From NCBI GenBank assembly GCA_036785375.1, contig JAWMAR010000202.1:372001-436000 (forward strand): a stretch of DNA of 64,000 bases. Direction: 5' to 3'. Positions 13,321 through 24,693 of this stretch are shown in pieces; the first letter of the stretch is position 1; every line of letters begins with the position of its first letter. Made by a program: the position numbers and the translations under genes. Source of the stretch: Leucoraja ocellata (taxonomy: Eukaryota). The notes below the pieces were generated by a model, which worked only from the letters and a program-made list of their open reading frames with translations, was not told where the DNA came from and made no database searches.

Positions 13321-13584
13321 ATGAACTATCTGAAACAACTGGATTCCTACAGCTTGTCAGGTGTGCATCAATCCAGACCCATCGGTTATTTAAAATTACA
13401 TGAATTTACCAATGTAAAAGTAGCAGAGAGTACATTAAAACATTCAAAAGAATATTATGTGAAAGCCAAAGATTTTTTGTTATTACATTGTACTAATTCG
13501 AGTGAAATGTTTCAGTACTACCCAAGTTAGAAACAATACTCATTCTTCCCACTGTGGTGAGATACCTCAACCATCGGACTCACT

Positions 13585-14235
13585 TCCGCACAGAAAAATT
13601 GATCACTTCACATGCAGGGAACTTATCTTGCTGCAAAGCTAACTCACTCACTCTGCAGAAATTCCTCAACCACCCCCCACCCCTCCACCCCCCCTCTCCC
13701 AACCCACTCCCATCAGATATTTCTCACCCGCTCTGCAAAAATTACTCACCCTCTCCATTAAAATTACTCACGCAGAGTAATGCAGAGATTACTCACCCCC
13801 ACCCCACGGAGATTACGCCCCTGATCTGCAGGGATTCCTCAACCCCTGCAGCGGGATACTTCACCATCCCGCAGAGATCACTCACCCCTCTGCAGAGATT
13901 ACTCAGCAAATACAGAAATACTGAGCGCTCTATCCGCAGAGATTACTTATTCTGCAACAGAGATTCACTCTCTCTGCAGAAATTAGTTTGGTTTACTGTC
14001 ACGTGTACTGAGGTACAGCGAAAAGCTTTTGTTGCGCGCTGTCCAGTCCCTCCCCCATATAGAGACTGTTCACAGAGATTCCTCAATTGCTCTGCAGAAA
14101 TTACTCACCCTCTCTTCAGAAATTACTCACCCTCTCACAGAAACTACGCACCTCTGAACAGAGATTAGTCGCCTCCCTGGAGAGATTGCTCAGAAATTAT
14201 GGGCTAAATACTCACCTCACACAGCGAGTACTACC
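13585..14235. repeat. Degenerate 21-22 bp minisatellite (consensus ~GCAGAGATTACTCACCCCTCT)
   Basis: cagagattactcaccc-like units recur, with consecutive 21-22 bp units visible at 14100-14190. Confidence 0.8.
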
Positions 14236-14524
14236 CTCCCCTTTCATGTGATTACTCATTTCTTCCACAACAATGATTAGTCACCCCATCTGCCGAGCAA
14301 TGACACACTGCCTCTACAATGAGGTTATTCATGCTTTCTCCAGCAAGATTACTCTCTCTGTTTAAGTAAACCATGAACACCAGTTTATGTTCCAACTTTT
14401 TGACTGATATTTGGTTACATTTCAACCTGTCAGCAAATGCCTGGTAAATTTCAATTCGCACAGTGACTTTTGGTCAAATTTGAAAAAGCAGACTGTTGCT
14501 TGATTACATATCAACCTGTAGAAT

Positions 14525-14835
14525 AGGCCGGCACGGTGGCGCAGCGGTAGAGTTGCTGCCTTACAGCACTTTCAGCGCCAGAGACCCGGGTTCGGTCCTG
14601 ACCCCGAGTGCTTGTCTGTGCGTTCTCCCCGTGACCGCGTGGGTTTCCTCCGAGATCTTCAGTTTCCTCCCACACTCCAAAGATGTACAGGTTTGTAGGC
14701 TAATTGGTTTGGTATCAAATTGTCCCTAGTCTGTGTAGGCTCGTGTTAATGTGTGGGTATCGCTGGTCGGCGCGGACTCGATGGGCCCGAAGGGCCTGTT
14801 TTCGCGCTGTATTTCCAAACTAAGCTAAACTAAAT
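14525..14835 (+). mobile_element. V-SINE (HE1-like), near full length
   Basis: ggcacggtggcgcagcggtagag...ccgggttcggtcc head, V-core, CR1 tail, (aaact)n. Confidence 0.9.
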
Positions 14836-15514
14836 AACCCGTTGAATTTCGCCCCTCGATGATGTTTAAATTCTAATCCACCAACTGATTTTTAGTTAAA
14901 TTCCCAATGGAGTTTGGTTAAATGTAAATCTGCCAGGGGGATTTTAGTGAAACCAGCCTAGTGACCATTGGTAAAATCTTTGGTAACCTGTTGGCTGATG
15001 CTGATGAAACTTAAATTTTGGCAATGGACATTTAGTTTAATTTTAACTTGATGATAGATGTTTGGTTTATATTCTAACCTGTCGGCTGATGTTTGATTAA
15101 ATCCCAACCTATAAAATGATATGTGGTTAAACCCCAAACTGTTGACAGACATTTGGTTACGTTCCAAACTACTGACTGACGCTGGGATAAAAACACCAGC
15201 CTCCTGACTGACATTTGGTTCAATTACAACTTGTTGAATGACATTTGGTTAAATCCCGAGCACTTGACTGATGTTTGGCTAAATTCAACATTACTTAGAG
15301 GCATTTGGTTAATTTTTAACCTTCTGACTTGACTGATTAAGTCCCAACCTGCCAACTAGTGTTTGGTTGCATCCTGAACTATCAATGACATTTGGTTAAA
15401 TTTTGACCTGTAGACTGAAGTTTGATCAAATCACATCCTGTGGACTATTGCTTCGAGACATGATACACTGCTAACTCAAGTCCGGTTAAATACTCACTGG
15501 ACAATTGATTACGT

Positions 15515-15847
15515 TTATTTTAGTTTAGTTTAGAGATACAACATGGTAACAGGCCCCTCGGCCCACCAGTCCGCACCGACCAGCGACCCCCGCACATTAA
15601 CACAAGCCTAGACACACAAGGGACAATTTACACTGACACCAAGTATACAAATCCAAGCCAATTAACCTACAAACCTGTACGCTTTCAGAGTGCAGGAGGA
15701 AACCGAAGATCTCGGAGAAATCCCAAGCAGACACGGGGAGAACGTACAAACTCCTTACAGACAGCACCCGTGGGCGGAATCGAACCCGGGTCACTAGTGC
15801 TGAAAGCGCTGTAAAGCTGCAACTCTACCACTGTACCACCGTGCCGT
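15515..15847 (-). mobile_element. V-SINE (HE1-like), near full length
   Basis: Reverse complement of the same head, core and tail. Confidence 0.9.
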
Positions 15848-16404
15848 GAAACCGTGAAACTGTGAAAAAGTTACGACCTTTTCACTAAAATTTGGTTATA
15901 ACTCAATCTGCTGACAAACATTTGGTAAGAATTTCCACCTGTCAGCTGATATTTGATTAAATCTCAATCTGTTGACACGATTTGGTTAAATTACAACCTA
16001 TGACTGATGTTCAGTTGAATTTCAACTTGCTAACTGACATTTGGTTGAATCCCAACATGCTAAATGATGTTTGTTTCAGTTTAACCCATTAGCTGCTGTT
16101 TGGTTAAAATCCAACCTGTCAGTTAACGTTTGGTTACATTTCAGTTTGTCGGTCGACATTTGTTTGAATTTCAACTTGCTGACTGATATTTGCTTAAATT
16201 AAAAGCTGTCGACTGATGTTCGGTTCCATTCTCAAATGTTGAATGGTATCTCCCGACTGATATTTCATCCAAGCCCAACATGACAATACATGTTTGGTTC
16301 AATTATGATCTTCCAATTACCATCAGATGAAATTCTAATCCACAAACAGATATCACATTAAGTTCAAAAGTACTGCCCAACAACGGGTTAATTTCAACCT
16401 GCCA

Positions 16405-16645
16405 TTAGACATAGTCATACAGTGTGGAAACAGGCCCTTCGGCCCAACTTGCCCACACTCACCAACATGTCCCAGCTACACTAGTCCCACTTGCCTGTGT
16501 TTGGCCCATATCCCTCTAAACCTATCCTATCCATGCACGTCTAATTGCTTCTTAAACGTTGCAATAGTACCTGCCTCAACTCCCTCCTCCAGCAGCTCGT
16601 TCCATACACCCACCACTCTTTGCCTGAAAAAGTTACCCCGAGATT
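16405..16645 (-). mobile_element. CR1 LINE 3' UTR fragment
   Basis: ggaaacaggcccttcggcccaac...gtacctgcctcaac...cgttccatacacccaccac, homologous to 7500-7710. Confidence 0.8.
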
Positions 16646-18476
16646 CTTAAATCCAAATCTAAATACATTTGCGTAAATTCCGTTTACTTACTGACTGACA
16701 TTTACTTAAATTCCAGCCTCCTGAGTAAATTTTGGTTAAATTCTGAACTTCCAACTGATAATTGGTTACCTTCCAACCTGTTGGCTGACATTTGGTACGA
16801 TTCCAACCTTCTGACTGATATTTGGTCAATTTCCATTCTGCCCACTGTCAAATGGCTACATTCCAACTTCCCTCCTGAGGTTTGGTAAAATACCAAACTG
16901 CCAACTAACATTTGGTTAAATTCCAATCTTCCAAATTATATTTGGTTATGTTTCAACCTGTGCTGATTAATGTATGATGAGTTTTAATCTTCCTTGTTCA
17001 GATTAAGAAAGTACTTTACTTTAATGCTAAGATTACGGCTTCACGATTTCTCTGTAATTTATTGGACTCTGCCTCTCCTGTTAATTCACAACCTCATAAA
17101 TTCTCATCAATATGACTTGTGTAATGAGAATTTAAATTGCAGTCATTCCCCAGTGTTTGATTTATAAGATTCATAAAATTTTGCTGAAATGTTGTTGACT
17201 CTTGTTATAATTATTTTCAATTTACAAACCTACTTTTCTTCATAACAGCATGCTCACAGGAGTGTACGTACCAAAATTCTCAGAACACATTTTCATTGAT
17301 TTATGAAATTTGCCTAATAAAATCTTCCAAGAATGCGCCCCTTTTTCTGTCAACTAATGGCTGACCATTACGTTTAAATCCATTAATGTATTAACTTTTC
17401 ATAAATAAGTGCATTGGGTTAATTTGCTCTTGGCTGTATAATTGGCACAACTTTCCATCCCCACTCTCATTTAAATGGAAAGGCAAAGCAAACGGCAGAT
17501 GCTGTAAATCTGAAATAAAAACAGAAAATGGTGACAGAGGCATGGACCTGAAATGTCAATTTTGTTTCTCTTTCCACAGATACTACGTGACCTATGTTTC
17601 TCTGTTTTGATTGCATTCCCATTTATTTAAACCTGCATAAAACTAGATTTGTTTTATCCATGGAATTTCACTTAATTTAGTCTATTATTGTTACGTGTAT
17701 TGAGGTACAGTGAAACGCTTTTGTTTGCGTGCTATCCAGTAAAAGAAAAGGCAATACCTGAATACAATCAAGCCGTCCACAGTGCACAGATGAAGGTTAG
17801 AGGGTACAACATTTAGTGCAAGATATTCACTCACACAATGCTTTATGTTTAGCATCTCCTCAAGCCTGTATTATTGTGGAATGGCCTTTGCAACTAATCC
17901 TTCCACTTCTCTTAACAATAATTTATGAGGATGTGGACATTCTGTCAAAGCTAGCATTTATTGGCCATCCCTGGTTGTCCTCACGAAGACAGATGTGAGC
18001 TGTCTTCTTCCAGCAGTGTAATTCTTCTTGTGAGGTGCTATGCTGTTGGAGTTCTGGGATTAAGACTCAGCAACAATAATAGAAAAATGATATATTTCCA
18101 AGTTAGGAAGGAGTGCAACTTGGAGTAAAATCCATGTCCCACTGAGATGCTGCCCGTCCTGCTGAGTTATCGAAGCAGTTTGTGTTTGGCACGAGATCCC
18201 AGCATCTGCAGTTTATCATCACTCAAGAGGAATGAAACCTGCTGGTGATGGTTCAATTGATTAAAAGCATCTTAATTGATTAAAGGTTATCCACATATAT
18301 GATGGTGCCCTAGGTTTAAGAAGCAAAATAATCAACTGATTATCCATCACACCCACAGGAGCAGCATTTACATTAGCAGATTAGATTGCACATAACACAA
18401 GCTCATAACAGAAAAATGCCCTTAAACTATAGAACCACAGAATCGAGCCCTTGGGATACATAGAAATAGATATGGT

Positions 18477-18703
18477 AGATAGACACAAAGTGCTGGAGTA
18501 ACTCAGCGGGTCAGGCAGTATCCCTGGAGAAAAGGTATGGGTGACGTTTCAGATCCAAACCCTTTTTAGTCTGAAAAAGGGTTCTGACCCGAAATGTCAC
18601 CCATCCTTTTTCTCCAAAGATGCTGCCTGACCCGCTGAGTTACGCCAGCACTTTGTGCCTATCTTCAGTCTAAACCAGTACCTGCAGTTCCTTCCTACAC
18701 AAT
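18477..18703. mobile_element. Penelope-derived fold-back element
   Basis: ~90 bp imperfect inverted arms (18480-18665) plus the ccag..ctgcagttccttc tail. tagatatggt is duplicated at 18467-18476 and 18704-18713. Confidence 0.8.
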
Positions 18704-19209
18704 TAGATATGGTCCCCATCGGAAGCACATCTGCAATGAAAGGGTTCATCCACCATCTTCTGAAGAGGAAGGAGCATTCACAAAGAATTGCCCGCAGGGC
18801 AAACTTTAATGCTTCTAAATCACAGTCGAATGTCTAATTATAAACCAGCATGTTATCAAGGAATCAATCCAAAACTAATGCCAAGAGAACAAAAATACAA
18901 TGCAAAAATACGCCAAATATGACCCCTCCTAAATCATTGTGAAACATCTATCAGTGCACCTTGTAAAGTGCTCCAGTTTATATGCACCTGTAAAGTTTGC
19001 TGTCCTTAGATTTCAAAGGCACACATCATAATTATCACATCGAGTTACAAGATATTGCAATTATAATGTAACTTCATGCAGTTTTCTCTATCCAACTGCA
19101 CTTTCAATATAACAATGGAGCATGGTTCTTGACACCCATTCAACTACTCAAACATTTACAGGTAATCTTAAGATCATTTACTGGGGTTGATGAAATATAA
19201 AGCACTTGC

Positions 19210-19393
19210 CTGGAACGCAGCAAACCACATTAGCCAGTCGAGACGGTAATGGTACGGAGTAATAATGCATGGTCTCCGTTTCAGATCACCAGGTTTACAC
19301 TTGAACTCATATTCCTCCCACATGGCACTGGGGTCATTTGGATCCTCATTCATTGTCCCCTGAACTATGACCTCAGTCCGTTCCTTTGTAATA
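19210..19393 (-). CDS. LMF1: Lipase maturation factor 1, internal coding exon (equivalent to human exon 9), 184 bp
   Basis: (S)ITKERTEVIVQGTMNEDPNDPSAMWEEYEFKCKPGDLKRRPCIITPYHYRLDWLMWFAAFQ. Acceptor tttctttgttttcctAG, donor CAG|GCAAGT (GC donor). Its phase joins the upstream exon (AG+T = Ser). Confidence 0.96.
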
Positions 19394-19495
19394 CTAGGAA
19401 AACAAAGAAAATCACCATAATATAAATGTTTTATCAATGCCTTGGAATACTTAAAATTGTATACTTACTACTTTTAAAGCAATTTTTATGTCTTA

Positions 19496-20432
19496 CTAGA
19501 CCAAGTGGGACCTGTTGGGTCCCGTCCCCTCAACGCGTGGTTCCTGGAGGAGGGTGTGGCTTGCGGTGTCACACACATACTAACCAAACCCTGACACACA
19601 CTAACCACCCCCCACACACCCACTAACCATTCCCCATTGATATTATATTAATAATATTCATTAACTCCTTTTACCCCATCCCCTGCCCTATCCACTCACC
19701 TATAGCCCCCAACTTGCAGGTGCGGCTAGAGAGGGAGGGGGGGGGGGGTAGAGAGAGAGGGACACAGAGGCACAGAGAGGAACACAGAGGCACAGAGGCA
19801 CAGAGAGAGACATAGAGAAGGCCCCAGAGGCACAGAGAGGGACACAGAAGGACAGAGAGGGAGGGGGGGGGGGAGGGAGCATGAGGATGGCAGAGAGGGA
19901 GCAGGGGGGGGGGGGGAGGAGACAGAGAGGGAGGGGGTAGATCTTGAGGGGTAGGGGGGGCGCGTCATCACAGGGGTGGGCCAAGACGAACCCAATAGCT
20001 CGAATACTGAAGAAGGGTTTGAAGAAGGGTTTCGGCCCGAAACGTTGCCTATTTCCTTCGCTCTATAGATGCTGCCTCACCTGCTGAGTTTCTCCAGCAC
20101 ATTTGTCTACCAGCTCTAATACAGAGTCTTCACTCGCAGTCTTCAGCGATGATCTTCGGTGTTCAGTCGACGGGGCGACTTTTGAACAACGGGGGGAGAG
20201 GGAGGGGTGGGAGGTGACATCAGTCGCAGCGCGAGCAGATGACACCGTGAGCAGGCAGATCCATTGTCATGTCATCAGCGAAAAAACCAGGCAATTTGAA
20301 TTCAAACTTTGATCGGATTTGTGAAAATTTTTATTATTAACCCAAGAAATAAAGCAGGACATTTTCAGGTAAGCCAATTCTTGACTCCAGGGGGTAAATC
20401 TCTACCGGAATATGTAAAAATATTTCTGTTAG
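19496..20432 (-). mobile_element. Non-autonomous Helitron-like element (3' end clear, 5' end not resolved)
   Basis: Minus strand ends with hairpin GGGACC-CAACA-GGTCCC (19523-19507), 7 nt, then CTAG (19499-19496) and T. The interior holds a (GAGAGGCACA)n-like repeat, G-runs and a nested Penelope half-element (20007-20112). Confidence 0.6.
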
Positions 20433-21892
20433 CCCAGGTCTCCGCCCAATCTAAATATCTGAATCTTCCTTTGTTTATTCAGTTTCTAAACCAGAGGCTG
20501 AGATAATATGGATTAAAAATGTCTCTCCTTTTCTACTTGGATAACAATTCAGGTGCACCAGACAACTCCAAGATGTTATCACAAGGTATGACATACAAAT
20601 AAATGGACTGCCAATAAATGTAGACAACATCCAGTGTAGCTTTACTGATAGCACCTTCCCGAGCCTGAAAGGGTTAAAGTTATTCCCAATGTACAAAGTG
20701 CCCTGCAGTCAGGCTGCGCACTTCATTAAACTGCGAGGTTTGTTCTAATTCCAGGTCACTAAATCAAAGTTATTGAACAATTTTTAAAAGAGGAAAGTTC
20801 TTTGTGTCATTTGAATTATGCAAAATTCACCATCCATCACAAATGTCACTTCTTCCTATGGGGCAGACATTTTATTCAACATAAATTTCAACTGCACATC
20901 ATCATTTATTAAAAGAAAACTGGTAACAGAGATTTTTCCTGCTGTGAACTTCTATATTAATGATCCCTGCTGTGTAATGAATTGCTTAAATCTCCAGGTT
21001 GCTTCTGGACTTGTGTTCAGCATTGGCCCACAGTGTGATGTACTCCCAGGTGTCTCTGAGAAAACAATTGCTGACCATGTGATAGAAACTCCCGAAATGA
21101 TTACATTGAAAGCCTCCATGGGAACTATTCTACGGTAATTGGTTTGAAACTAATTATTCTAGTTAACAACCTGAGGATCTCGTTCACATTTCTGGAAAAT
21201 AATCAAACATATGTGTTTGGCTGCATTTAGATCAGCGCAGTGACACAGCGGTAGAGTTTCTGCCAGAGACCCGGGTTTGATCCTGAATCTAAGTGCCGTC
21301 TGTATGGAGTTTGTACGTTCTCCTCTGTTTCCATGCTGTATCTCCAAAGTATAGCTAAAGTTGTGGAGTCTTGAACTCTAGAGCACAGGAGTAGGCCATT
21401 TAGCCACCCATGCCAATGCTGAATCTTTGATAACATTTTCAATTTAGTAACCAGCAATACAAGAAATTTACCACTAATTTGCATCGTCTTTTAAACTCGG
21501 TTGTTACAAATTTTAAATACAAAGGTTTTAAATCATGCTTAGACTATCCTGAAATTTTAATATACTGTTGTCAAGTTTATCACCAGATTGTCAGTTTATT
21601 AGCTGCAGAATTCAAGACAATATACAGGACAAAATATTGTACATCCTCGTTAATGTCTAGAATTGGCAGTGGGTATCAAATGCTTTCATCCATTGGACGA
21701 CATTGTTGGGCGATTCTTCGGCTACCTGAGAAATCTGTCGAGGGAAATGATTCCCAGAAGGATGTGACTCTACGAAAGCCTAATTGAACAATAATATCTG
21801 CAGCTGGTTGGCGGTATCTCATTGACGGTACCTGAAGCTAGTCCCCAGGTCCTTGTTCTCCAGAGATGCTGCTTGACCTGCTGAGTTACTTT

Positions 21893-22190
21893 TGGTTTAG
21901 TTTAGTTTAGAGATACAGCATGGAAACAGAGCCTTTAGCCCACTAATCCCGTGCCGACCAGCGATCCCCTGGCACTAGCACCATCCTATGCACTAGGGAC
22001 AATTTATAGTGTATTTTTTACCAAAGCCATATTGACCTACAAACCTGTACATCTTTGCAGTGTGAGAGGAAACTGGAGCACCCAGAGAAAACCCACAAGG
22101 TCACGGGGAGAACGTGCAAACACCGTACAGACAGCATCCGTAGTCAGGATAGAACCCAGGGCTCTGGTGCTATAAGGCACAGTGCTGCCC
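21893..22190 (-). mobile_element. V-SINE (HE1-like)
   Basis: (agttt)n tail, V-core and tRNA-like head on the minus strand. Confidence 0.85.
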
Positions 22191-22233
22191 ACTTTGTGTC
22201 CCTTTTTTTAAAACCAGCATCTGCATTTCCTTG

Positions 22234-22420
22234 GTTACACAAAAAAGCTGGAGAAACTCAGCGGGTGCAGCAGCATCTATGGAGCGAAGGAAATAGGCAA
22301 CGTTTCGGGCCGAAACGTTGCCTATTTCCTTCGCTCCATAGATGCTGCTGCACCCGCTGAGTTTCTCCAGCTTTTTTGTGTAACCTTCGATTCTCCAGCA
22401 TCTGCAGTTCCTTCTTAAAC
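22234..22420. mobile_element. Young Penelope-derived fold-back element containing a perfect 153 bp palindrome
   Basis: 22233-22385 is 76 bp + 1 nt + 76 bp of perfect inverted repeat. Exact 14 bp TSD TCTGCATTTCCTTG at 22220-22233 and 22421-22434. Confidence 0.9.
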
Positions 22421-22919
22421 TCTGCATTTCCTTGTGGCTCTAGTCCACAGGAATTGGGTAACTTCTGATTGTGCTGTAAATTAAGCTGTGACACGGGCAT
22501 CAAATGGTGCACAACGGTTGATGACTGGTTCACAAATGGTGTAATGATGCATTCTCCATCTGTAGCTTGCAAAACCAAAGGGCTTATGCTTTGAGGGTTG
22601 CAGCCCAACCCTGACCATACTCTTAGTAACGGACAATGGTAGATGGTGGTTCACAAATGCGCTAATAATGTATTTACAATGCTCTCAGTATTTGCAATGC
22701 TTTCAGTAATGCGCACTCCATGTGACCACAAGCACAACCTTTTCCATAAAGAGAAGCACAAATGCCTATCTCATTTGGTAAGCTGCTAGAGCTGCTGCCC
22801 GTGATTATGCGGCACCTTGTCCGATGTGTTGATGAATGGCACACAATGCTTTGGGCTGCAATGCCTCTCGTTGTCAAATAGTGGGGGGTTTAAGCCATGA
22901 AACAGAGAATTGAGGTTTG

Positions 22920-23258
22920 GTTCCTTCTCCCCTCTTCTCCCCCCTTCTCTCCTCCCCCCCCCCTCCCTCTTTTAAAGGACTTACCGTACACTGTGTTTGC
23001 TGTCTTAACCTTCCTGTTCTTCGCGGTGTGTGTCTGTATCACCTTTGCTTTGCACCGTTTGAATTTCAGACTCCCCCCGCTTTCCCTGGTCCCCGCCTTG
23101 GCGATGTGTGTGTGTGTGTGTGTGTGTGCGTGTGTGTGTGTGTGCGTGTGTGCTCCACTCTGACAGTCGCGTTCCAGTTCCCGGTTTTTCAGGCAAGTGC
23201 CGCGAACTTGACACTCGGCGGCATTCCGCTGAAAAATCGCGACAGTGCGACAGGCCCT
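22920..23258. mobile_element. Harbinger-type MITE remnant (one terminus) containing a (GT)n microsatellite at 23105-23152
   Basis: Ends in AGTGCGACAGGCCCT|TAA, matching the right termini at 6028 and 51371. No left TIR was found. Confidence 0.45.
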
Positions 23259-23504
23259 TAAGTTAAGGGGTGATCTTGTAGAGATGCATAAAATTATGAA
23301 GCAAATGTACAGAATCTTTTACCCAGGGTAGAGGAATCATGAACCAGAGACGTAGGTTTAAGGTGAACAGGGGTACAATTGAATAGCAACCTGTTCGACA
23401 TGCTGTATCTCTAAACTAAACTAAACTAAACTAAACTTTTTCACTCATAGGGTGTGGGTAGGTGATGCTGTAAAAGCTGCCCGAGAAGAAGTTGGAACAG
23501 GTAC

Positions 23505-23828
23505 TTTAGTTTAGTTTAGTTTCGTTTAATTTAGTGAATCAGAGGGTAAACAGGCCCTTCAGCCTACTGGGTCTGCGGCAAACAGTGATCCCCGCACACT
23601 AACGACGTCCTACACACACTAGGGACAATTCACTATATTTCCAAGCCAATTAGCTTACAGACCTGTATGTCTTTGGAATGTGGGAGGAAACCAGAGCTCC
23701 CTGAGAAAATCCACCCTGATCACGGATAGAAAACACAAACTCCGTACAGACAGCACTCGTAGTCAGGATCAAATCTGGGTCTCTGGTGCTGAAGCAGCAA
23801 CTCTACCGCTGTGTCACTGTGCTGCCCG
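23505..23828 (-). mobile_element. V-SINE inserted within a plus-strand CR1 3' fragment (about 23262-24040)
   Basis: SINE head, core and tail on the minus strand. CR1 sequence (...gttggaacaggtact / actataaacgcatttataagacactggacag...) resumes on both sides. Confidence 0.8.
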
Positions 23829-24693
23829 TACTATAAACGCATTTATAAGACACTGGACAGATACATGGATAGGGATGGTTTAGAGGGATGTGGGTTAAAA
23901 CAAGGGCAAATGTGTCTAGCTTAGATGGGGGCATCTTGAACAGCATGGATAGTTGGGCTGAAGGGCCTGTTTCAGAGCTGTAAAACTCTAGGTTGGGCCG
24001 ATGGGCTTATTTCCATACTATATAGTTCTATGACTCTGAGGCAGTTGCTGGTGAGCTGCCTTCATGAACCGTTGCAGTCCTTGAGGTGTGGGTATATCCA
24101 CAATGCTGTTAGCGAGAGCATTCTACATTTTTCACCTGGTGACGATGAAGTAAACAGCAATATATTTCCCAGTCAGGATGGTGTGTAGCTTGGTGTTCCT
24201 ATGCTTTTACTGGCCTTGTATTTCTAGATGGTATTGGTTGTAGGTTTGGAAGATAATATCCAAGGAGTCTTGGTAAGTTGGTGTTGTGTGTACCTGAAAG
24301 CTCTTCTTGTCCCTTACAGAAAAAAGATCTCTCCTACTCTACACCTCCTGTGTGGGGCTCTGGTGTATTGTTTGAAAACTATGGTACCCACTCTGTAGAA
24401 CACGGTTTTGTTCTGTTCTGCCAGAAGGGTCGTGACCCCAAATGTCACCAGTCCATGTTCTCCAGAGGAACAGTCTGAGCCACTGAGTTACTCCAGCATT
24501 TTGTGTCCACTGTGTAGTGTTTTTTTCTTTAGTAATTCCCACATCAGAATGCTCTGCACCTATTGCATCAATAGTGGACATCCCCTTAAAGTACTGAAAA
24601 CTGTTCTTCCTGCTGAGGTGTGCAGCCAAAAACTAACATAGTTCTGGCTTCATGCAACAATCAGCCAAGTGAGGAGGAGGCATAAAGCATATG

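Larger units (their letters stand above)
14340..16965. repeat. Degenerate ~30 bp minisatellite (consensus ~TTTGGTTAAATTCCAACCTGTTGACTGACA), interrupted by two SINEs and a CR1 tail
   Basis: Exact 30 bp phasing at 16701-16960, and 29-31 bp units at 14860-15430 and 15880-16400. Confidence 0.85.

Noticed and set aside
13554-14168. 204 aa plus-strand ORF
   Set aside because: Coincides with the 21-22 bp minisatellite and a LINE-tail fragment. Unit lengths are not consistently multiples of three, and there is no recognisable protein.
14340-16965. Regular ~30 bp repeats as a CRISPR array
   Set aside because: Units are contiguous and degenerate with no unique spacers, there are no cas genes, and the context is a vertebrate intron.
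19174-19209. Read-through ASALYFINPSK* as the true LMF1 C-terminus
   Set aside because: Would delete the conserved C-terminal region encoded by two further exons in other vertebrates; a consensus GC donor sits exactly at the expected boundary.
20475-20696. NFNPF motif as the LMF1 exon after WFAAFQ
   Set aside because: Wrong order (it lies upstream of that exon on the minus strand) and no other similarity.
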